Shown here piece after piece: positions 27,523-34,773 of a stretch of DNA of 34,773 bases. Where the stretch lies: contig RDOA01000040.1 of the NCBI GenBank assembly GCA_011364925.1, positions 1 to 34,773 of the forward strand, in the 5' to 3' direction. This stretch comes from Promethearchaeota archaeon (GTDB lineage Archaea; Asgardarchaeota; Lokiarchaeia; Sigyniarchaeales; SOKP01). A program made the translations under genes and the position numbers. Positions within the stretch are counted from its first letter, which is position 1, and each line of letters begins with the position of its first letter. Below the pieces are notes generated by a model. The model was not told where the DNA came from and did not search any database. It worked only from the letters and a program-made list of their open reading frames with translations.

Positions 27523-27864
27523 TTACATCCAACATGCGGTTTTTGGAATTTGCACTAAAAGATCCACAAGATCATCGTATTCAATACATTGAATTCTAGA
27601 ATCAACTGTATTTGGACCAATCCCTCTCGCTAAAAGGTCAGGTACTAATGCAAATATTGATACAGGGAAAGTTAATAATTTTTCAACTAAACTTGGAATG
27701 ACGCCATTTTGTGATGTTCCTATTACTCCGTCGTGTAGAAACACAATTGCGATTCGAACCTCGTTTTTAATTTGCTCACTTACGATATTGACTAAATTTT
27801 CTAAATTGGTTTGCTTTCTTGTGCTGAAACCATATAAATATACAATATCTTTCTCAATTTTCAA
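27523..27864 (-). CDS. dsrH: DsrH/TusB family sulfur relay protein
   Basis: VFLHDGV, DLLARG, IEYDDLVDL and C-terminal W. Confidence 0.85.
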   Translation of the reverse strand: MKIEKDIVYLYGFSTRKQTNLENLVNIVSEQIKNEVRIAIVFLHDGVIGTSQNGVIPSLVEKLLTFPVSIFALVPDLLARGIGPNTVDSRIQCIEYDDLVDLLVQIPKTACWM

Positions 27865-27882
27865 TTAAATCACTCTTATAAA

Positions 27883-28251
27883 TTAGTATCTATATGTTAA
27901 ATCGGCGTTGAGAATAAAATTAGAGATTTCCTGAATATTAGCTACTTTTACATTGTCAAATTCTACTAAATCTGTCTCTTTTATACCAGCAATTTTTAAA
28001 GCTGAATCTAAAACATATACTTCGATATCCGAAAGTTCCATTAATTTATAGATATTTGAAGGTATCTCAATATTAACCTTTTCTGGGTTAAAGTACTTTG
28101 ATAAAAAGAAAACAGAGTCGCTCATAAAAACGATTTTACACTCGTCCAAATCACCTACAGCTGTTATTCCTGAACCCATACGAATTGTTTCGATCGCTGA
28201 GTTTTTACCAATGGGAGAATCTTCGCATATAATTACTACAGATTTAACCAT
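27883..28251 (-). CDS. dsrF: DsrF/TusC family protein
   Basis: SPIG...AIETIR, VFMSDSVF; start at ATG 28251 after GGAGGGTGA. Confidence 0.82.
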   Translation of the reverse strand: MVKSVVIICEDSPIGKNSAIETIRMGSGITAVGDLDECKIVFMSDSVFFLSKYFNPEKVNIEIPSNIYKLMELSDIEVYVLDSALKIAGIKETDLVEFDNVKVANIQEISNFILNADLTYRY

Positions 28252-28255
28252 ATTA

Positions 28256-28624
28256 TCACCCTCCCGGACCAAAAACAATTACTCGATCTGATTCTGCAAT
28301 CCACTCAGATAATCCTCCTAAACCTACTTGGCAGGCATTCTGAATCAATTCCTCAGCTTTTAATCCTGTAAAGTTCATCCAAGTGCTACACGCAGATAAA
28401 TACATATTATTCTCGTTAACAAATTGTTCTAATCGTTTAGGTAAATTTCTCATTGAATCGCTAATGTTAATATCTCGTCTTGCGCTATACACACCACTAC
28501 CGTAAAAGAAAATGCCTAATATTTTATGGCCATTTTTGAGGATTGCTTGTCCCAAGTTGAGCATAGTATCCAATGCTTCAAACTTATAAGGCTCTGCGCA
28601 TACGACAAAGGTAAATATAACCAT
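28256..28624 (-). CDS. dsrE: DsrE/TusD family sulfurtransferase subunit
   Basis: PY, GH.I.GIFFYGSGVY, active-site ACST, GLGGL.E...SDRVI. Confidence 0.88.
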   Translation of the reverse strand: MVIFTFVVCAEPYKFEALDTMLNLGQAILKNGHKILGIFFYGSGVYSARRDINISDSMRNLPKRLEQFVNENNMYLSACSTWMNFTGLKAEELIQNACQVGLGGLSEWIAESDRVIVFGPGG

Positions 28625-28854
28625 ATTAACAAAATAAATTCTCTACAATAAATAGTTACTGATAATATTTTCTTCAAAAAATGAAAAAAAGATTTTTAAG
28701 TACTCTTACTATAATAATAAGAAAATAAGCAATTCAGTTCGGAAAATCCTAGTTTTTACTAATATCTATTAACTAATCATTAAAAAATCATTTTTTATTA
28801 ATAAATCTTAAAAATTATTAGAAAATATCTTATTTAAATTCTACTTTTTTTCTT

Positions 28855-28877
28855 AATATTAGATAAACCTAAAATTT
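28855..28877. promoter_or_regulatory. Candidate DtxR/MntR-family metal-repressor box upstream of FTR1
   Basis: AATATTAGATAAACCTAAAATTT; core TTAG-N6-CTAA resembles TTAGGTTAACCTAA boxes; a partial second copy (gataaacttaattt) lies near 28906. Confidence 0.5.
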
Positions 28878-28983
28878 ATATCTTTATACTATTTTTGATT
28901 ACACGATAAACTTAATTTATAATACCATTTACGGTGAATAAACAATCTTTAATCAATTTTCACTTGTTGATATTTCTATCCCT

Positions 28984-29823
28984 TTGTTTTTATCATTAAG
29001 AGAAGGATTAGAAGCTGTGTTAATCCTTGTAATCATTTTATTATATTTGAGAAAAACTAACCAAAGAAAGTATTACAAGTATGTATACTTAGGAGTTATT
29101 CTGGCAGTAATTCTTAGTGTTGCTTCTGCGACAGTATTTTCAATAGCATTTGGTGGATTTACCGGTGTAATTGAAGAGATCTTTGAAGGAGTGACATTTA
29201 TCATCTCGGGCATCTTCATTCTAACATTAATTTTTTGGGTTAGTAAGGAAGGTCCAAAAATGAGAGAAACTCTGGAAGAAAAGGTGGAAGATTCAATTAA
29301 AACTCAAAAAGTATTTTCGCTTACTATCATGACCTTCATTATTATATTTAGAGAAGGAATAGAATTAGTCCTTTTAACGACTGGTGCCACTTCGATAAGT
29401 TCCTTAAATCAATTTAGTGTTATATTAGGCAGTACTCTTGGATTAGCGATCTCAATTGTTATTGGACTCTTAATATTCTATGGGATAAGATCTATAAACT
29501 TAAGATCCTTCTTCAAAATAACAAATGTTATGCTTATATTATTCGCCGCCGGGTTAATCACTTACGGTGTTCACGCTTTTATTGAAGCTGGAATAATGAA
29601 TCCTATCATTGAAGAAGTATGGAATCTTAAAAACATTTTACCTGAAAGCTTTCCAGATGGAAATCCCGCAACTCCTGTTTTCTTAGAAATTATCGGAGCG
29701 TTACTAAAAGCTCTCTTCGGATATAATGCTAACCCTGCTTTATTAGAAGTAATAATTTATCCAGCACTGTTATTCTTTATCGGCCTGATATCAGTGTTAA
29801 TATGGAAAAGGAATGATCACTAA
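28984..29823 (+). CDS. ftr1: FTR1/EfeU family iron permease
   Basis: Two REGxE motifs (REGLE, REGIE) and multiple TM helices; exact start uncertain. Confidence 0.92.
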   Translation: MFLSLREGLEAVLILVIILLYLRKTNQRKYYKYVYLGVILAVILSVASATVFSIAFGGFTGVIEEIFEGVTFIISGIFILTLIFWVSKEGPKMRETLEEKVEDSIKTQKVFSLTIMTFIIIFREGIELVLLTTGATSISSLNQFSVILGSTLGLAISIVIGLLIFYGIRSINLRSFFKITNVMLILFAAGLITYGVHAFIEAGIMNPIIEEVWNLKNILPESFPDGNPATPVFLEIIGALLKALFGYNANPALLEVIIYPALLFFIGLISVLIWKRNDH

Positions 29824-29867
29824 ATTCTTTCTTTTTTTTATTTTTTTAAGGGATAGAATAATTTAAT

Positions 29868-30137
29868 TCATACAATTATTTCAAAAACGCTTACACGTTT
29901 ATCGCCTAAATCTTTTGATTTCTTAACGAATTTCTTCTCCTGCAATTTCTTTAATGCGTAAGCAATCGTCCGCTTTGGAAGAAGTGTTTTTTCAATAATT
30001 TCTTGTTGCATCAATGGTCCTCTTTGTTTCAACAAGTATAAAATAAATTTACTTGAGGGTGATAAAGAAAATAAATCTAGCTTTTGTTCATAACCCGTAA
30101 TGGAGTATTTATCTTCAACAATCATGTAACCACCCAT
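29868..30137 (-). CDS. Small winged-helix (MarR-like) transcriptional regulator
   Basis: LSPSSKFILYLL..GPL.Q.EI...T.LPKRTI.YAL..L and D.R wing. Confidence 0.85.
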   Translation of the reverse strand: MGGYMIVEDKYSITGYEQKLDLFSLSPSSKFILYLLKQRGPLMQQEIIEKTLLPKRTIAYALKKLQEKKFVKKSKDLGDKRVSVFEIIV

Positions 30138-30371
30138 ATTAAAATTATTTATATGTTAATGTTTTTGTTCAATTTATAATAAAATTTATGTATATTTAAG
30201 ATTATCCCGAATGGATTAAAAGGATTTTCAAATTATGGCAATGTTTCAAATAGGTACAATTTTGAAAAAAAAGTTTAAAATTTAAACTTTTTCTAATTAT
30301 TAATTTACGATTTAATCAGAGGACGATAAATTTGAGTTATCATTTATTTCTGAAATAAGATATTCAAGAAT

Positions 30372-30399
30372 TGTGCAATAGTTGCACATATATTTATAA
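30372..30399 (+). promoter_or_regulatory. 17-bp palindrome TGTGCAA-TAG-TTGCACA followed after 4 nt by TATA box TTTATAA
   Basis: Perfect 7-3-7 inverted repeat at 30372-30388; TATA at 30393-30399. Confidence 0.6.
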
Positions 30400-30427
30400 G
30401 GCTTTATGTAAATATTTTTTATTAACT

Positions 30428-30539
30428 GAAGAAGAAGTTGATTTAAACTAGCTTTGGACTTCACCCTAGCATTTTATTTAAATTGGTCTAATTTATTGGG
30501 ATATTTTTATTTGAATCTCTTTCTTCTTCTCTTCTTTTT
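30428..30539 (+). ncRNA. Candidate structured small non-coding RNA
   Basis: Begins about 30 nt after the TATA box; 30428-30447 pairs with 30510-30529 (16 Watson-Crick, 2 G-U, 2 mismatches); ends in a T-rich tract; no ORF seen. Confidence 0.35.
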
Positions 30540-30618
30540 ACAAAATCGTAAATTCTAGAATTTCTAAAAACAGTTTAGATTTAATTTAAAAGGTTAAGGA
30601 ACTAAAAAAATCGTTAAG

Positions 30619-31998
30619 TTATTTATAGAATTCGCACTCATTTAGAAGTTGAGAAATATCCATTACTTTTATTGGAGAATTATCTTCATTGGCTACTTGG
30701 AATAGGTTATTTTTACAAAAGACACACGAACTTACTAAGACTTCAGCATTTGTTTCTAAAGCTTCTTTCAATCTATCTTCACGTATTATTACCATACACG
30801 TTCGAGTTTCAGCGATCCTATCTCTTCCAATTTCTCCCGCGACATCTCCATATAAAGCTTTCACTCCTCCACCTGCACCACAACACCAAGACATATCTCT
30901 ATTATGTTTCATTTCAAACAATTTAACTCCTTCAATCATGTTGATTAGCTCTCTTGGTTCTTCGTAAACACCACAATACCTACCTAAATGGCACGGATCA
31001 TGATAAGTAATTAAGAGCGGATCATCTTTAGTTCGTTTGGGATATCTGATCTTTAAATTCTTCTCTTTTACAGTTTTTAGGACATATTGCGTTAGATGAT
31101 AAAGGTCAAATCCAAGTTTCCCACCCGCAAACTTAGTATATTCTAAAGTGAAAGTTGAAAAACAGCCTGAACACGAGAAGACTACTTCAGATACGCCACT
31201 TTCTCGAATCATCTTATAATTCTGTTTAACAAGGTCCATGGCTTCATCTTCTAATCCCGTACGAAATAATACTGAACCGCAGCACCTTTCCTCTGGGAAA
31301 AGAACAAATTCAATCCCTAATTTTCCTAAGACATCGCTCGTTGCGTTAACCAGTTCTTTATTTCTGTAAGAGGACGTACATCCAATAAAGTAACCGACTT
31401 TGTGGGGTTTTGGTTTTCTTGCTTCTAAATCTCCAGCAGCTATTGCTTCATCAATCGCTGCAAGCTCTTTTTTTGCACGTTCGTAAGCTTCTTTGCCATA
31501 TTCGTTTTCCTCACACCAATTAAACCTATCAACATGTTGTTCCATGTAAGGATTATTATTACAGAGTATTGAATCTCTTAGAATCGACAATTTTTCGGGC
31601 ATAGCGCCTTTTTTAACAACCGCTTTACGGAGATTTTGAAAAACTTCAAGCGTATTAATCCCAACTGGACAAACTACTTTACAATTACCACAAAGCATAC
31701 ATCGATATATGGAAGGTATTATCTCTTCTTTATCAAATTTGATATCTTTGCGATCTAAAGCTTTTATTATCCTATTCCGGCCACCAGCATAATCAGTCTC
31801 GCACCATGAAGTATTATATACTTTACAGACATGACGACAGTAACCGCAGTGAGTACACCGTTCATAATCGAATTTTTCTTCTTTTTCTTTAGTTTTCGGT
31901 TCAATTAAATTCTCTCTAGAAGGAGAAATTAAACCAGCAACGGGTGGACCTGAAGTGATAACATCACGAATGTCCTTTTTTTCTTTACCTTCACTCAT
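30619..31998 (-). CDS. Fe-S oxidoreductase, HdrD/GlcF-like (two 4Fe-4S motifs + two CCG domains)
   Basis: CTHCGYCRHVC, CMLCGNCKVVCP, YFIGC, ERCCG, YHDPCHLGR, CCGAGGG and SSCVFC. Confidence 0.92.
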   Translation of the reverse strand: MSEGKEKKDIRDVITSGPPVAGLISPSRENLIEPKTKEKEEKFDYERCTHCGYCRHVCKVYNTSWCETDYAGGRNRIIKALDRKDIKFDKEEIIPSIYRCMLCGNCKVVCPVGINTLEVFQNLRKAVVKKGAMPEKLSILRDSILCNNNPYMEQHVDRFNWCEENEYGKEAYERAKKELAAIDEAIAAGDLEARKPKPHKVGYFIGCTSSYRNKELVNATSDVLGKLGIEFVLFPEERCCGSVLFRTGLEDEAMDLVKQNYKMIRESGVSEVVFSCSGCFSTFTLEYTKFAGGKLGFDLYHLTQYVLKTVKEKNLKIRYPKRTKDDPLLITYHDPCHLGRYCGVYEEPRELINMIEGVKLFEMKHNRDMSWCCGAGGGVKALYGDVAGEIGRDRIAETRTCMVIIREDRLKEALETNAEVLVSSCVFCKNNLFQVANEDNSPIKVMDISQLLNECEFYK

Positions 31999-32115
31999 TA
32001 TTTTAGCCTATATTTCTTTTATTATTTCCCACTTGAATATGTGGTCTTATTTAATTAATTTTAATTGTTATATTTTATTTGAGCTATACTTCTTTTACTT
32101 TTATCGCTACTATCT

Positions 32116-33636
32116 CTATTTAAATCTTAAATTAAATATTTTGTAAAGGAATTTTGCTAGTGTAAATAGTAGCGAAATTCTCCAATACTTCATTCTAGCC
32201 TTAACAATACGATAGGAATTTAACAAATCTTTTGGATCCAATTTATTTTTCAGTTCTTTCCTTTGATTTACAAATTCACTTCGATATTTTAATAAATAAA
32301 AGGTATTAACGATTCCTATAGTATATAAGCTATCTCCTTGTTTAAATGTCTGTTTTGATAAATCGTGTAGAAACGCTTTAACTGTAAAAAATTCTGCTGT
32401 TCTAGCAATATCAGACAATCCAAATACCTTTACTCTGCTCCATCCTTGCTGTCCTGAAATTGTATATGTAGCAATAGGAAACTTATACTTACTGCTTCTT
32501 CTTAGATAATACTCATAAAACAACAATAATCGATCGTTAGAAATCCAATACTCTTGGAAAATTAGATTGCGACTCGTTCTACCGATAGCTACTTCAGCAT
32601 CACTAATATCACGCCATTTTTCTTTTAGATATGATCTATCTACACTAACACCGTTTAAATTTGATGCTAATCTTTCGGCTTCTGAAACGCTTCGAGAAGC
32701 ATTATCAGGATTATCGTAATAAACTGCCCATACTAACCAATCTTGTTCAGGAAAATTAACATGAGAGTATTTCTCGAACGAGCGTTCTGATATTGAGAGG
32801 AAAAATGGTTTATTTGGAACTTCTCTCATTAATGCTTTGTAATAATTAATTGCTTTTTCAAGAGAGGAAAATCCATATCCTACGATCTCTAAAGAAGTCT
32901 GTAAACTAGTAAGAGAAAGCTCTACTTCAGAGATAACGCCGTATATACCATAAGTTCCAGCGATATCTTCAAGGGAAATTTCTCCTTTCGAATCCTTCGT
33001 AATATTCTCGATTTTACCGTCAGGTCGAACCAAAATTAGAGATAGTATGGAATCGATCATTGTACCATATTTTGGTACACCAATCCCTGCCTTTCCGGGC
33101 GTTGCTATAAAACCACCTACACAAGATGTTTTGAAACTAGTTGGGTACGCTTTTGGAGCAAGTCCGTAGTCAGAAAGTCTCTCAATTAGGTTTAGCCAAG
33201 AAATTCCAGCTCCTACTCTGACAGTCATTCTTTCGGGATCTATATTTATAATCTTATTTATTCTTCGCATATCAATAATAACTCCGCCTTTAGATGGAGT
33301 TGCTGAGGAAAAACAAGAAGTACCTGCAGCTCTGATTGTCATGGGGAACGATAATTCCCAGCATTTCTTCATTAAAAGTGATAAACTCTCCGTATCAGCA
33401 GGTCGTACAATGATACTAGCGAGATAATTTTTTTTAAATTTATAATGATAGGAGGGCAACGAGGTAAGATCAGCAGAAGCTGACTCCAATTCATATTTAT
33501 TGGTACTTACATGGTAAGGGGAAATAAATTCTTTAATAGCTTCAGCAAAATTTTTCTTACTTACCTTTCTTTTTACCTCTTTAGAGGCTAAATTTAAATT
33601 TTCATTTCTAATTTCTTTGTCGATTGTCTCATTCAT
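32116..33636 (-). CDS. FAD-binding PCMH-type oxidoreductase (GlcD/D-lactate dehydrogenase-like)
   Basis: IVRP, RAAGTS, GGVIIDMRRIN, YPTS..VGGFIA, GTYGIYGVI and LDP..LLN; start moved to ATG 33636 (AGTGA RBS) to avoid a long overlap with the upstream gene. Confidence 0.88.
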   Translation of the reverse strand: MNETIDKEIRNENLNLASKEVKRKVSKKNFAEAIKEFISPYHVSTNKYELESASADLTSLPSYHYKFKKNYLASIIVRPADTESLSLLMKKCWELSFPMTIRAAGTSCFSSATPSKGGVIIDMRRINKIINIDPERMTVRVGAGISWLNLIERLSDYGLAPKAYPTSFKTSCVGGFIATPGKAGIGVPKYGTMIDSILSLILVRPDGKIENITKDSKGEISLEDIAGTYGIYGVISEVELSLTSLQTSLEIVGYGFSSLEKAINYYKALMREVPNKPFFLSISERSFEKYSHVNFPEQDWLVWAVYYDNPDNASRSVSEAERLASNLNGVSVDRSYLKEKWRDISDAEVAIGRTSRNLIFQEYWISNDRLLLFYEYYLRRSSKYKFPIATYTISGQQGWSRVKVFGLSDIARTAEFFTVKAFLHDLSKQTFKQGDSLYTIGIVNTFYLLKYRSEFVNQRKELKNKLDPKDLLNSYRIVKARMKYWRISLLFTLAKFLYKIFNLRFK

Positions 33637-33644
33637 GTTTAAAA

Positions 33645-34628
33645 TCACTTTTTTACAATTATTCCTAAAGCCCTTAGTATCTCCCATAATATCGGTACTC
33701 CTATCACGGATATCCCTAGAAATACTAAAAGTATTACTTCTACTACTCCTATTGTTATGGGAACTAATAGAATCCCTAAGAAGAAAGCTGCCCACCAACA
33801 AACCAGAGTGATATACCCTGTAAGTTTTGCATATTTTCTTTCGGCAGCTATTCCAAATAACATACTGAAAAGGCCAGTCAATAATCCTACAGCACCAAGT
33901 ATTATATGACTGATGTGTACTCCGACTGGTTCAAAGGTAAACCATTGGCTCGGATCGAGATTTAGAGCTATCAAAGATATAACATTTGTTAGGGTTAGGA
34001 TCCACGCACCTCCGCTGAGGTATCCATGGATTTTCACGAATTTATTTTCGTTTATTAATACTAATATAGTTCCAAGTGTTAGCAATATTAGAGCAATTCC
34101 CCCAAATATCGTTCCGAAATGATCAAATAATTGGAATCCGGGTCCAGGTGGAGTCGCACCCCCTACACTAAAAGCAATTTTTACGTAATCGAAATCAGGG
34201 GGTCCAGCCGCAGAATTGTCCCCTGCTAATATAAAAAGATAGTAAAAACCTTTCGCATCAGGGATCGTAATATTAAAGGTGACAATCATCACATTTGGAT
34301 TTGGGTCTTTATCTTCTCCAGATTGATCCAATATTTTATTTGTCGTAGGGAGTATGTTTAATTGACCGTTTTGCATTATACTTGTAATTTCATTTGGAGC
34401 CTGAACAAATAAATCGGTACCAGTTGCAGTCACGTTAAACACAATTACATCAGAAGCATTTACAGAATTCATCAAGTCTATATCAGCTGAAATAGAGTAA
34501 CCTCCCGGAACAGTATGGCAAGTTTCATGGGGTGTTTCATAACTTGGATACGCATTTCCAGATAGGATCAGTACCAAAGCTGGTAAGGTTATAACTACGA
34601 TAAACAGTACTATAATCTTCTTTTTCAT
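33645..34628 (-). CDS. Membrane protein: signal peptide, HxxCH motif, beta-rich extracellular domain and His-containing cytochrome b561-like TM bundle
   Basis: PHETCH after the signal peptide; about 5 TM helices with His at FDHFG, KIHGY and HISHIILG. Confidence 0.6.
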   Translation of the reverse strand: MKKKIIVLFIVVITLPALVLILSGNAYPSYETPHETCHTVPGGYSISADIDLMNSVNASDVIVFNVTATGTDLFVQAPNEITSIMQNGQLNILPTTNKILDQSGEDKDPNPNVMIVTFNITIPDAKGFYYLFILAGDNSAAGPPDFDYVKIAFSVGGATPPGPGFQLFDHFGTIFGGIALILLTLGTILVLINENKFVKIHGYLSGGAWILTLTNVISLIALNLDPSQWFTFEPVGVHISHIILGAVGLLTGLFSMLFGIAAERKYAKLTGYITLVCWWAAFFLGILLVPITIGVVEVILLVFLGISVIGVPILWEILRALGIIVKK

Positions 34629-34706
34629 TGTTCTTACATCTAATTGTTATAATCTTAATTGGTGTTGATATACAAATAAAACTTTTATTTAGAAATTATA
34701 AGTGGA

Positions 34707-34734
34707 TTATAAAGTTAGATGCGAAAATTGCATC
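34707..34734 (-). promoter_or_regulatory. 17-bp near-palindrome GATGCAA-TTT-TCGCATC followed after 4 nt by TATA box TTTATAA (promoter of the redox operon)
   Basis: Minus strand: site at 34734-34718, TATA at 34713-34707; same core and spacing as 30372-30399. Confidence 0.5.
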
Positions 34735-34773
34735 CTTTTACATATTAATCGATTGCTGACAACAATTAAGTTT

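Noticed and set aside
27523-28624. Dissimilatory sulfur oxidation or reduction
   Set aside because: No dsrAB or dsrC in the window; dsrEFH-like genes are general sulfur relays.
30428-30529. SECIS element downstream of the HdrD-like gene
   Set aside because: The ORF has no in-frame TGA, the minus strand lacks an AUGA/GA quartet, and the pairing favours the + strand.
33637-33801. 55-aa N-terminal extension of the FAD oxidoreductase
   Set aside because: It overlaps the upstream membrane gene off-frame; an RBS and ATG are present at 33636.
1468-34122. Short ORFs overlapping longer genes (e.g. 1468-1851, 4323-4658, 16929-17387, 22402-22638, 25215-25484, 30689-30967, 33913-34122)
   Set aside because: Antisense or off-frame shadows of well-supported genes, with no recognisable motifs.
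34510-34535. c-type cytochrome call
   Set aside because: The motif is HETCH, not CxxCH; reported only as degenerate.

Overview
AT-rich, gene-dense archaeal DNA that reads as an Asgard archaeon, most like Lokiarchaeia (inferred from gene content, not a database search). It carries several eukaryotic-signature proteins: two tandem roadblock-Rab-like GTPase fusions, an Arf-like GTPase-longin fusion, a longin-roadblock fusion, a uDENN-like protein, a RING-H2/TPR protein and a PGY-TM-anchored kelch protein. Housekeeping genes include hsp20, leuB, thiDN, thiC, a GGR-family reductase, thioredoxin, dsrEFH/tusDCB, FTR1 and a GlcD/HdrD-like redox module. No rRNA, tRNA, CRISPR array or transposase was recognised. 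The best candidate for an undescribed system is a translationally coupled operon (uDENN-like + two paralogous 7TM proteins) directly upstream of the Arf-longin GTPase, which suggests a receptor-GEF-GTPase signalling module. Other highlights are a degenerate second GTPase domain in both roadblock-Rab paralogs, a candidate ncRNA sharing an operator+TATA geometry with the redox operon, and a diverged duplicate of a phosphatase 3' end that brackets one member of a small-protein family.
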